Positions 40,725-51,693 of a DNA stretch of 64,000 nucleotides are shown piece by piece. This DNA is from Phyllosticta citribraziliensis (lineage: Eukaryota), in assembly GCF_038025025.1 (NCBI RefSeq), contig NW_027117350.1, positions 62,001 through 126,000 of the forward strand, given 5' to 3'. The position numbers were made by a program, and so were the translations under genes. Positions within the stretch are counted from its first letter, which is position 1; every line of letters starts with the position of its first letter. The notes under the pieces were generated by a model. That model did no database searches. It worked only from the letters and a program-made list of their open reading frames with translations, and was not told the origin of the DNA.

Positions 40725-41698
40725 GGGCGGAGGTCAGAGTCGAGTCTGGGGATATAGGAGCTAGCGTTGACGAGGATCGAAGGAGTTGTCGCGTGGACGC
40801 ACTCTGACGAAGCGAGAGAGAGAGGGAGTCATCAGGTGGAGAGGGACGACGACGTGGGCGAGGGCGAGGGAGTGAAGCAAAGGGCGGGTGTCGCTGTCAC
40901 CATGGATTGACCTTGCGTCGAGCCGGAGGCCTCGCAGCGGTGGACGACGGGGAGCATCCTTGCCTGACTAAGCGTGCCTAAGCTGCCACTGTACCCAAGT
41001 CCTCAGCCGTAGCCGTTACAGAATGCTGACCGTCAAACCTCAAACCGACGACATGAATGGAAGTCTTCACGTCAGTTTTCCGCCTCTGCATACGTCACTA
41101 CACGCCCTGCCTTGTGCACCGCCACCCGTCTGACGACGCCCACGCCACAAGCCGCGGCTGCAGCCAGGGAGGGATTGGAGCTGAGCGTCTTTTGCTGTCG
41201 CAGTGCGCCTTGGGACTTGCTGCTCGCTACCACTGCTTTACACTAACTACATGTACTCTCCATGAGTTGTCATCGACTACCGCTGAAAGGATCAGGAACT
41301 CATTTCTTGACACCCACTGCGACGCCAAGCCGTTTCTCGCATGCTCAGTCTCAACGTTGACTTCAACACTCTGCACCTCCTTTTCACCCAGGTTTGCAAC
41401 CTTCCGACAAATGCTTTCCGCGTTTTTCTTTGTTTTCCCATTTCCTCCTCGGCCGAGCGCTCAGAGATGGCCGCGGGGACTTATCAGAAATTTCCTTTAT
41501 TCACACCTACCACTCAAACTTTGTCGACTCAAAAAGACTCTTGGTATCTGTTGCATTTTGGCGCACCGTATGCGCCTTGTCTCATTCTTCCGCAACTAAC
41601 AAGATGCGTCCGCGTCTGGGTTTGGTTCCATTCCTGGGTACGAGTCCCGGGATCATTACTGGATCATAACCCCCTTATCTCCCCGCCCCTTTCATATA

Positions 41699-41790
41699 GC
41701 AGCGGTAGCTCAGTGGTAGAGTGTAGGATTGCAGTTTCTGTGAGACAGCATCCCATCCCGAGGTCCCCGGTTCGATCCCGGGTCGCTGCT
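41699..41790 (+). tRNA. tRNA-Cys(GCA) with ~20-nt intron (41735-41754)
   Basis: Acceptor stem GCAGCGG/TCGCTGC, A-box TAGCTCAGTGG, anticodon GCA at 41731-41733, T-arm CCCGG-TTCGATC-CCGGG, U73 discriminator, and a T-run terminator at ~41795. Confidence 0.88.
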
Positions 41791-42371
41791 TCTCTTTTTG
41801 CGGTCCCTTTTTGGGATCCAGTACCCCTGGATGTGGTCTATGAGAAGCACTTTCGGTTGCTGAGGGCGTTGGATGCCATTTTGTTTTTGAAAATGACAGC
41901 AATGTTGTCGAAATGCCGTGTTCAAGAGCGCAGCTTGACCTGCGAAGAAGGCGAATGCGGGTTGAAGGGATCAGTGGACACAAAGGAGGGCACATCGTCC
42001 GTTCCCCGCCCAAGTCACCTTGAAATTATGTGAATTGCAGGGGTTGCCAGTCAGGATGCACGCATTACAGCAAGGGAACCCAAGATTTCGTTCGCGAACC
42101 AAAGATGTCATGAAGAAAGCCGAAACAACGGATCAAGTCGACCTACGAGCAAGACTACACAGCTGATTCCCCAATCGAGACAGTCACGCTAGAACGATAT
42201 GCAGCAAGGCCATGAGCGACAGGTTTAGGCGCGAAAGGGTTCATTGATACAGCTATAATGCAAGTCCGTGTCGTCGTCCATTACCGATTATAGTCTCTAT
42301 TGAAAGCTCGAGTCTATGCATGTGCCTGGATGCCCCTGATCCCCAAAACTCCTTGCAACGAAACGTCTGAT

Positions 42372-43256
42372 TTACGGGCAAGTGAGGTCGAAAAGGGGGT
42401 TGAAGTTCTCATCGAGAACGCCAAAAGCCTGCGAAGCCGGAGCAACGTAGTAGTCGCGGTTGATGTACCACCAGGTAGGGTAGTCGGGACTGATGCCGCA
42501 GAAGACGTCGTCCCAGAAGGTCTTGCCGTTGGCGACGGTGGCCTTGCTGGCACCGTAGTCGGGCCCAGCAGTGGGCCAGCCGGTTTCGGTGATCCAGAGC
42601 TTGGCAGCCGAGTTGTAGGTGTTGATGTTGTTTTGAGTGTCGGTGAGGGCTTGCTGGAAAGTCTCCTTGCCCTTGGAGACGTCGACGCTCTGCCAATAGG
42701 GGTAGGCGTCCATGCCGACAAAGTCGACGGCCTTGAACAGTGCCGCGGCGGAAGCGTTCCAGGCGTTGTAGGTGTCGACGTGACCAATGGGGATGTTCGA
42801 GCCGCCGTACTTGTCCTGGCTCACCATGCCGCGAACATCGTAAACCTTTTGGGCAAGAGTGTCGGCATTGGCGTCACCCCGGTAGAGATCCTCGCTGCCG
42901 ACTGAAATTCCGGAGATCCAGTTGATGCCGTGCGCCGCCATGGCCGCCTCGAGGGCGTCCTTCTCGGCCTGGAAGTGAGCCTCGTCCTCGGTCCAAACGC
43001 CAACCAGGAGCTTGATGCCTTGGTCAACTGCGGGCGGCACAGCAAGCGCCAGCGTGTTGCAGTCGCTGGATGCGTAGACGCGCACGTCGGTAAAGTCGCC
43101 AAGGGACTTCATGTTCTTGAAGTTATATGCCCAGTCGGCTTGGGTCTTGCAGCTTCCGTCGGGCTTCTGCGCGGCCATGTTGAAGCCCCTCGCGTTGGCG
43201 GCGGCGGCGAAGGGAAGCGCTCCCGCAATGAGGGCGGCGGCCTGAACGGACTTCAT
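42372..43256 (-). CDS. Secreted GH17 beta-1,3-glucanase/glucanosyltransferase (EglC/Bgl2-like)
   Basis: Signal peptide MKSVQAAALIAGALPFAAAA, VRVYASSDCN, ISVGSEDLYR, DAYPYW, WITETGWP (catalytic Glu). Single exon, no Ser/Thr-GPI tail. Confidence 0.92.
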   Translation of the reverse strand: MKSVQAAALIAGALPFAAAANARGFNMAAQKPDGSCKTQADWAYNFKNMKSLGDFTDVRVYASSDCNTLALAVPPAVDQGIKLLVGVWTEDEAHFQAEKDALEAAMAAHGINWISGISVGSEDLYRGDANADTLAQKVYDVRGMVSQDKYGGSNIPIGHVDTYNAWNASAAALFKAVDFVGMDAYPYWQSVDVSKGKETFQQALTDTQNNINTYNSAAKLWITETGWPTAGPDYGASKATVANGKTFWDDVFCGISPDYPTWWYINRDYYVAPASQAFGVLDENFNPLFDLTCP

Positions 43257-44276
43257 GTCGAATGTCGAATGATGGTATTGTGGTAAAGACCGTGGATTAC
43301 TATCGAAAAGAAGGACTATGGTGGGATGGTGCAAACGACTGTTGACTGGAGAGTGTGGAGGCCTGGATACATTGGTCCATGGCTTTTGAATAAATAGAAG
43401 CTGGCTGGTTGAGCCATGGTCAACGGCGGCTGTCAACTGCAAGCAAGCAGGGGGCCCTGCTGGGAAAAATGGGGACCAATCTCGTAAAAGGCGAACGCAT
43501 GCGCTGGAAAAAGGGTGGAAAAGGAGTCGCGCGACAAGGAGACACGAGCGCCGGAGGTGCCTTGACCAGGCACTGTCGCCGGCGCATGGCCGGTGGTGTG
43601 GCTGTCGGCACCGCCGCTTACCGGAGCGCCACCTTCTCCACCGTGACGCGAGCCGATGAGCGACGTTTGCAAACCTGGGCGGGTCCTCCCGTGCCAACTG
43701 TCGAGTCTGGGCCTTGGACTGGGCAGAGTAAGGCTGCCTCCGTAGGCGTCGACCCGCGGCGGTTGACCGGAGCATCTTTGCTTCAGGGGGCGGTAGGGAT
43801 GCCTTTGGCGCAGCGGAAATCCGACGTCGAACCCACGCGGAAGAAGAAATGATCTGGGGTTCAAGGTCAATAATAGCACGCTGTCTTCTTCCTGTTGCAC
43901 CTGTATCCAGAGATGACAGGGTCGATAAGGCGCACGGGCACGCGGTCCTTGGAAAGGCCGTCGTTTCTCGCTATTAAAAGCCTCAGGATTGATCCAAAGA
44001 CGCGGAGCTTGCGGGCTCGGACTTGTGTCCATTCAATATCTGATGACTCTATACATGATTGTCTTGTCTAACTCCAGACCGTTGATAACGTACCTTTGTT
44101 CATCGGAATCCAGCGCTTGCAACCAGCGCCGAAAACTGCCCACACCTGAATTCATGGACGACGTGCGGAAGGAATCCGTGAAAGTGGATGTTTTGACCCT
44201 ATACATAGCTCCACAAGCGCGAAGCATCCATGATCTCGGATAGCGGGCTCATTTCCTCTACAGAGGCTTTCAAATT

Positions 44277-45326
44277 TCAATACCACTTCAGATCCAGGAG
44301 TTGAAGGCGGTCGTGCATGACATAGGGTTGACTGTGTTGGAAATCGAAAGCTTGCAAGAGGCCGGTCAAGTGAGTGGCCGCAGCACACAGAACCAAGACG
44401 TGGAATATCTGGTGAGAACTGCCCCAAATATCGAATTTTCCAGGAGACAGTCTTTCAGGAAACCGAGCCTGAGAGGATTAGCCCTGATCGACCTTTTTGG
44501 GGTGCTGGCGAAGCTCACGGCATAGATGCCTGCACCGACGATGTACAACAGCCCGTGCAACACGAGCCAGTCGAGGGCGATTCTTTCCCGAAGTTTGTGA
44601 AGACCGTATAGTCTGAGGCCGCTAACGACGGGAAATATTGCTGAAAGGCCGAGACCGACAAACATGGCAGCCCGGATGGGTCGGAACGCTGGCGTCCGAA
44701 ACTTTTCAGAGACGGCAGCAATGGCGCAGACCAGACTGTTGGTGGTGATCTGTTGCTGACTTAGTGCACTGGCTCGATCTTGACAAAGGAACAGATTTCA
44801 TCATGTGGCTCACCATGACCCAGTAGAACCTGACGTGGCCAGGATGCTCGAGCAAGCCATAGTAGACGCTCGGTATGAAGCTGCCCCAGATCAAGAAGAC
44901 GATTCCCATGTAGTCGAGCTTGTTGCCCAGCTTGGCTACGCGAGGAGAGTGGTTGCTCAAGAGGTGGTAAGTGGCACTCATACCAAGACACATGGCAGCA
45001 CCAGCAAAGAAGCATCCAAACATCAAGATGTCTTCTTGATTGGCTGTCTCGTAACGCGCTCTGAGGGCCGAGTAGAGCAGGCAGCTTCCAATGGCCGCGG
45101 CCACGGCGCCGAGAAGATGGCTGTACACATTTACAGTCTCGTTGTGGATGTAGAAAAGACTTTTGATTGATTCAAAGTAGGAGTTGGACATTGGCCGATA
45201 GCCGCTGCGGATGTAGTGATTGTCCTGCTGCCATGGCTGAATCTCGTGCCAGAGCAACGTCAGACGCGATTCCAGGCGTTGCTCAGCGTCGGCAGTCGCG
45301 CGAGCAGCATGCTTGACGGCGTCCAT
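44277..45326 (-). CDS. PAQR / haemolysin-III family membrane protein (Izh-like), 3 exons
   Basis: WQQDNHYIRSGYR, HNETVNVYSH, SATYH, LDYMGI, RFPERLSPGKFDIWGSSHQIFH. Introns 44750-44813 and 44469-44518. Confidence 0.93.
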
Positions 45327-45675
45327 TTTGTGCGTGCCGTATTGCCAAGTGCGACAAGTCGACCAAAGGCAGGGAGGCTGGGATTTGGAGGTCGAGGGCA
45401 ACGAGACGAAGAGTCGTCCCGTTGTGTTTCCCTGATGGTCCGATTCAACAGAAACCGAGGCCAAAGCCGTTGAATGCGTCGGGACCCGGAAGGAGGGAGG
45501 CACTGACACGAGGCCGAAGAAGTTGAGCCCGGCACATGACTCGGGCCCGCCCGGCCTGGCGACGTGTGACGTCGATGCCTCATTCGGTTCCACACCCACC
45601 AACTGAACGGAACAGAGCACCTCGGATCCTCACCACCACCACCCTCGCGCCACCAACACGCCTCTGTGGATCCAA

Positions 45676-46802
45676 ATGACTGCTCAACAACGGCCCACTG
45701 GGCGGCGAGGCCCCTCGATGCAATGGAGCAGGCTGAAGTCGGCCCCCATCGATCCTCTCGAGGCCTACGGCTTGCCGTCCAAGGGAGAGACAAGGCGCGC
45801 CCAGCACCCCTGGTCATCCCAGGTCCGGCGGGATGCTAACAGCGGCTCAGGCTGAACGACTTTCGCGCCCAGGAAATCTACTACAACAAGATTGTGGAGC
45901 GCTACATGAAGTTTTGCGCTGGAGCTGGCGGCGCAGACAAGCTGGAGAAGCAGTTCGAGGCGCTGTACCTTGCAAACGACGCTTCTGCGACTCCGGCTGC
46001 TGGAGCAGCGGCGAAAAAAGTATCCACCGTCCCTCCCAAGCCTGCCAACATCAGTGTGCCGAAATACGTGCGGCCTTCGTTGAACATGTCGAAGAGCGCG
46101 CCTATTTCGGTCATGTCAACCATGAATCCATCGACTAAGCGTGACCCGTCGCAGACTCTCCAGTCCCCTTCGATAGCCAGCCGGAGCTCGAATGTCGAGT
46201 TGGAAATGATTCTTTCTGCCATGCGCAAGCTTCGAGAAGGAATATTATCCTCGCATCGTGTTGACCGTTTCGCCCAGCGGGCCTACATATTCATAATACA
46301 TGCCTCCATCCTGAGTAGGGCCTGGGAATCATACCTTCCTGCTTTACTCCACCTGCTACAGGCCATCCATGAGCACACGCCCTTGACCACATCCGAGTTT
46401 AACGAATTCGCCGGGTTGCACATTCTTGACATTGCTTGCCGGCAAGGAGACTTGGCCACGGCATTCAGAAAAAAGAGCAAGGTCGAATATGGCTACCACG
46501 ATCCGACAGGGAGGGTGGACAGCCTACTCAAAGCGTTGGTCATGGACGACTGGGTCACCTTCTGGCGACTGTCCAAGAGGGTGGAAGGCTACCAGAAGCG
46601 GATCATGGAGTTCAAAGAGGAGGAGATCAGGCTGCACGCTCTCAAGTGCATCGGCCGAAGTTACTTCAATGCTGAGAGGAGCTTCATCGAAAAGTGCACC
46701 GGAAGGTCCTGGGAACAGCTCGTCAAGATGAACGGAGTCGGCTGGGAGCTCCAAGATGACGGAGAAAAAGTGACCATCAGGACACCCAGACTGCGACGAT
46801 AA
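45676..46802 (+). CDS. Conserved fungal protein with PCI-like (CSN8/PSMD8/eIF3K or SAC3/GANP-type) domain
   Basis: Exon 1 is MTAQQRPTGRRG...DPLEAYGLPSKGET. Exon 2 (from 45851, after CTAAC...CAG) carries AMRKLREGI, WESYLPAL and LKCIGRSY...GVGW. Family assignment is from recalled motif similarity only. Confidence 0.7.
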
Positions 46803-47523
46803 AGCAAGGCGTCTTGGTGATGTTTTTGGCACAACGCACATCGGTCGATGAGGTTGGTGGAGTTTCGGCGCTTTGGATCTTTCTCATCAGGCATTGGCAT
46901 TCCTAACCGGTGGCGCTACGGGTGGTCCTCGCATAGACTGTCCATGTCAGCAGTTGACAAAGGAAACAGGAGTGATGGAAACACGAAGATTGGACGAGGG
47001 GGCACCGTGGCCCGACCTCCTCTTAGAGACTTGTTCGAGAATATGGATTTAGAGCAATCTTCAATCGCGCGTCTCAGCACCATGCCCACCCACCCTCTTC
47101 CCTTTGGCCGCGCGACGTGTTTTGCATCTGTACAAGTCTTGTCGCATCGCGTGTTGCACATGTCAAGGTCATCGGTCTCATGGTGATCCTGAGGTCCAGG
47201 AGACGAGGTTTGGAAGCACACCGACAGAAGACTACTGGCAACAATGAAGCTAACGATCCAACAGACTTGAAACACCAGCACCTTGAGGGTGTGAATGTGC
47301 CGATCAATCTCAGAGCACCCCCCTTAGCTGCACCAAAGGATCGTCGTCGCCGCCATGCACTTTCCAAGGCGACGGGGTACTCTGGAAGACGACGTTGTCT
47401 TCCGAGGCCAGATCTACGACCGAGACGGACAAAGTGAGAGAGGCCTGCGGGCAACGACTAGAGAGGCGCGTCGCGTCGGGAGCGGGCTGCAACATCTTTA
47501 ACCCTCAAACATGCACAACGAAA

Positions 47524-47550
47524 AGCAGCAGCAGCAGCAGCAGCAGCAGC
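47524..47550 (+). repeat. (AGC)9 microsatellite
   Basis: Read directly from the sequence. Confidence 0.85.
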
Positions 47551-49534
47551 GTCGATGTATGTAGCGGTGAGGGGAGTAGCACGGGCAACCAAGCAAGCAG
47601 TTCGACGGTTCGACGGAAGACGGGAGGCAAGCGGCATTGATGAGCGACGTCCAGAGCGGCCGCCTCGGCGGTGGCCGTTTCACAGACCGGCCTGCGAGCC
47701 AGCCAGATGGCGTAGGGGGAGGTCGGCATGCTACGGAGGACGGACGGACGGGGCGCGGGAAGCGCGGAGAAGACGGGGCGCGAAAACGCGACGAGAATGC
47801 GAATGGAAGGGAGGAGAAGAGAAGAGAGGTCACCGCTGTTTTGCGCAGCAGCCGCGGAAAAGACATGAGCATGTAAGGATGGAGTCCAGGTGAGATTATC
47901 TAGGGAGGGAGGGAGGGAGCAGGCAGGTGGGCGGTGGTGTCTGACGGACACGCGCATACATGGAGAACTGACGGACAGAGACACCACAGACTGACGGACA
48001 GACGGAGAATTGCGAACGAGGGAGGCGGCGCAAGGCAAGCAGGCAAGCGGAGGCGCGCGGTGCAGTGAGACGAGACGCAGCAGCAGGCGGACGCATCAGC
48101 GGCACCAAAGGAAGAGGGAGGCTTTGAAGACGGACACATGGGAAACAGCTGCAGCCGCCGCAACGGTTTGGATTGCTTGATTGATTGATTAATTGTTGTC
48201 GTGTGCCCTGCCACCATTGCACAAAGGGGTGGCGAGGAAAGACAATGGCAACGCAACGACGCCGCCCTTTTATTTTGGCATTGGATGATGATGTTTTGGG
48301 CTGGGCGCATGGCGCATGGCTGCTGCACGTCGTCGTATGGGGGGGACACACAGATGGGGGAATCCCGCAGCCGCAGACGCCGCTGCAGCCTTTCCTTTCT
48401 GGCGACTGGCAACAGCAAGGGTTCCGAATCTCTTTGCCTCGCTCTCTCTCGCTCTCTCTGGCTGCTGTTGTGCGGGAGCGAGGACCGGCACGCCCACGGG
48501 AGCATGCCGTGTGTCAGGCGCTGAGTGGGAGGGTTTCGCGCGTGTGCCTCCCCTCTTGTGCAATCCACCGCGTGTCCATGACAACGGCCTCGCCTCAGCT
48601 CTGCTGCGCTCCGCGTGGGACTCCAGCACCCTCTCTCTCTCTCACTCTCTCTCTCTCTCTCTTTGACTCAGGGCCCCTTGATGCAATCCACTCCCCCCCA
48701 CCCCCACACCCCCTTCCATGTAGCCAGGGCGACGACGCGTGTGAACATGTCTTTGACTGGCCTTCAGCCAAACGGCCCCAACCGCCGCCATGCAAAGCCC
48801 AGCCTTGCCACGGGCTCCGTGCATGCCAGCCTCGTCATTCATGGCAACCGTCCAATTGTGTTCAATGGGTACCGGCATGTGGCAAAGTGTGCGACGTCTC
48901 TCTTTTGGACTCTGTAGTCGATTCCATTGGCCATGCCTCTTGGCTTGGCTTCAACAACTTCGAGGCTATCTAACAGCCACGCTTGCGCATAATCGTACAA
49001 TGTCGGCGTCCTAAACCCGGACATAGAAGCGAACGTAGTTCGAGGTTCCAGCTGTATCACGAGAACTCCCTGAAATGCCATCATTTTGAACCCATTTCCC
49101 CCGTGACGCATCAGAAAAACAGCCAGCCCAGTAAGAAAGACTCTTTGGAGAAAAAAAGTAAAGCAAGGATCCGCTCCCATTTCTTTCGCTCAAGTCGAAG
49201 GAAAAACTTTCGGCCACCGCTTGACCGAACCGGAGAAAGTCGAGACGAAATGCAGTTGGAGCCGGCCCAGTCCTCTAGTTCCTATTCGTAGCAAGAAAAA
49301 AAAATAAAAAAAATTGAAGACACCCGCACCGGCCTTTCCGGAGACGCCGTTGAATGGTTCGCAGCCTCGCATTCGCAAAACCTGAAAACACCAAACAGGA
49401 AGAAATTATGGTAAAAGTCCTCGTCTCGTCGTGATTTTGTTGAAAGTGTAATAGTTGAAGGTAAAACAGTGTCGTGAAGGCGTAAGAAGCATCCCAAGAT
49501 TGCGCTGGAGTAAGATTCCTGGGAAGAGTGGAAT

Positions 49535-50899
49535 CTAGTGGGCGCAAAGGGGTCGTTGGAAGGATAGCTGCTGCGAGAACTGCTTGACTAGGTTTCCGGC
49601 GTGCTGGAAGAAGGGGCTTATCCAAGCATTGGCCGGGGCGACGTATGAGTGTTGAGAACCAATGCCTCCTGGACACTGAGCCGCATTGGACGGGATAGCC
49701 GAGTGAGAAGAGGCTGACGAGGCCGAGGAAGCATGGGAGTAGACGGAACCAGCATCGGATCCAGAGTTGCCCGACGCATTGGAGAAGCGAGGAAACTGAA
49801 GAGCGTAAGGAGGAGGGGAGATTGGAGCCTGGGGGACGTAGTTGGCAATGTACTGCTGGGGGAGGTTTACCAGACCAGGCTGGTAACCGGCAGCGCATTG
49901 GTCGTACGGCTGCAGGGGAGGAGATGGGAGAGGAGCCGGAGCGTAGACGGGAGGAGCGGCAGGCTTCGTGAAACGAGGACACCTGAGAATTGCGTCGCGC
50001 AGCTCCGGAATCTTTATCCGGGTGTCAGGGTTGGTGTCGAAGATTCTTCGCAGGATAGCATCCAGCTCGTACGAGATGGGCAGAATGGAGCGGAGAAAGT
50101 TGGGGTCCTTCATGAAGGCACGGAAGGTGGAGTCCTCGAGAGAGGCCTTTTTCCACGGGTTGCGGCCGCACGTGAGGTTGACCAGAATGACGCCCAAAGA
50201 CCACACGTCGTTGGGGGCGGACTGATACGAGGCATAGGCCTTGGGGTTTGGTTGTTGGCATTCTAGCGCGGGGTTAGTCGGAGATGCATTGAGGTTGCTG
50301 TGGTTGATGTACGAACCTGGTGACATGTAGAAAGTGGAGCCACATCCAAAGTCGGACGTCAAGGGGTCAGAAGTGGCCAGGCCAAAGTCGGCCAGCTTGA
50401 CCGTGTTGCCGTTGTCCGTGACCAGGATGTTTTCGGGCTTCAAGTCCCGGTGGTAGATTCCAAGGGAGTGGCAGTAGCTCACGGCGTCGAGGATCTGAAG
50501 GAAGGCACTCCGCGCCAGCTCTTCATTACGAGCATACCTTCCGCGCTCGGTGATGTTGGAGAAAAGGTCGCCGTCCGGGCAGTATTCCAGAACCACGTAG
50601 GTGCAATCCGGGGAGTCCATGATCTTGACCAAGGAAACAACGTTGGGGTGGCTGCTGGCCCGGTGGTGGAGCTGAATTTCGCGCTGCTGGAATTTCCTCT
50701 GGCGGGGCTCCAGGTTGAGCTTGTTCAGGGCCTTGACGGCATACTGGATTCCAGTGTGGACGTCGACGGCCTTGTAGACGGTTCCGTAGGCACCCTCGCC
50801 GAGGACGCCGGTGAATTGCAGGCTGGGGACGTGGTCGGGCCTGGAGTGGGGAGCAACGCAGCCATTGAGGGTCGGAGATGCCGGGGGGGTCGGTAACAT
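49535..50899 (-). CDS. ran1: Ran1/Pat1 (Vhs1/Sks1-like) Ser/Thr protein kinase, 2 exons
   Basis: MLPTPPASP start, LGEGAYGTV, YAVKAL, YHRDLKPEN, KLADFGLAT, SDFGCGSTFYMSP|E, NDVWSLGVILVNLTCGRNPW (Ran1 family hallmark). Intron 50263-50316. Confidence 0.92.
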   Translation of the reverse strand: MLPTPPASPTLNGCVAPHSRPDHVPSLQFTGVLGEGAYGTVYKAVDVHTGIQYAVKALNKLNLEPRQRKFQQREIQLHHRASSHPNVVSLVKIMDSPDCTYVVLEYCPDGDLFSNITERGRYARNEELARSAFLQILDAVSYCHSLGIYHRDLKPENILVTDNGNTVKLADFGLATSDPLTSDFGCGSTFYMSPGSYINHSNLNASPTNPALECQQPNPKAYASYQSAPNDVWSLGVILVNLTCGRNPWKKASLEDSTFRAFMKDPNFLRSILPISYELDAILRRIFDTNPDTRIKIPELRDAILRCPRFTKPAAPPVYAPAPLPSPPLQPYDQCAAGYQPGLVNLPQQYIANYVPQAPISPPPYALQFPRFSNASGNSGSDAGSVYSHASSASSASSHSAIPSNAAQCPGGIGSQHSYVAPANAWISPFFQHAGNLVKQFSQQLSFQRPLCAH

Positions 50900-50945
50900 G
50901 ATGCGGAAGGAAGCAACGGCCTGGGGGTCCGAGAAGACTGGATAG

Positions 50946-50948
<3 letters not shown>

Positions 50949-50982
<34 letters not shown>
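50949..50982 (+). repeat. (AG)17 microsatellite 50 bp upstream of the kinase ATG
   Basis: Read directly. It is (CT)n on the coding strand, probably within the 5' UTR. Confidence 0.85.
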
Positions 50983-50985
<3 letters not shown>

Positions 50986-51406
50986 GAGAAGAAAAGGATT
51001 GTTGTTGGAGGGACAGGAAAACGCCAGGATTCCCGAGGAAGGGAGCGTGGAGCGGTGGAGGGAGAGATGTAGGAGGTGGAGTGGAGAAAGGTGGGCGAGG
51101 CGGATGAGGCGGTGTTGCGGGAGAGATGTATTGGGAGAGGTAGTGGTTGAGGAGAGGTGGAAGGAAGTGAAGGCAGTGGTCTTGACAGGGAAGGGCAGAG
51201 CCGAGGTGCGGGCAGTGGGTGATAAGTGGTGGGCGTGCACCGGTTGCAAGGCGAGACAGGGCTCTTGGGTTCAGCGCATGCAGCGGCCATGACGAAGACG
51301 GAAAGGCAGCGGGCCATGGCCTGGCGCAATGGGACAAGGAAGCAAGCAAGCAAGCACACAGACACAAAGGCTTACGGCGGCGGGATGTGGATTGACGAAG
51401 GATCAG

Positions 51407-51693
51407 AAGCACCAACCAAGCACCAAGCACCAAGCACCAAGCGGCGCCGGCCCAAGCCCCCAAGCCTCTTTGAAGCGTGCAGGTTGCAGGTTACTTTGCA
51501 ATCCATCCCTGGCGTGCGTCACGTCGTGGCCCTGGCCCTGGCCCTGGCCCTGGCCCTGGCTGGCTTCCCTTTCCCTTTGCCTGACCCTGGCCCTGCGTCT
51601 GCGTCTGCGTCTCGTCTCAACCGTCTTTGCTGTGTGCTTCCGGGCGTGCATGGCAGCTGCAGTGCACATCGCATCGCATCGCATCGCATCGCA
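51407..51693 (+). repeat. Cluster of short tandem repeats: (AAGCACC)n, (GGCCCT)5, (CTGCGT)3, (TCGCA)5
   Basis: Read directly at ~51407-51441, 51528-51560, 51593-51610 and 51669-51693. Confidence 0.8.

Noticed and set aside
50900..51463. N-terminal extension of the kinase ORF (likewise GH17 43257-43775 and PAQR 45327-45620)
   Set aside because: These begin at non-ATG codons and translate UTR/SSR sequence. The GH17 signal peptide and family N-termini indicate the downstream ATGs.
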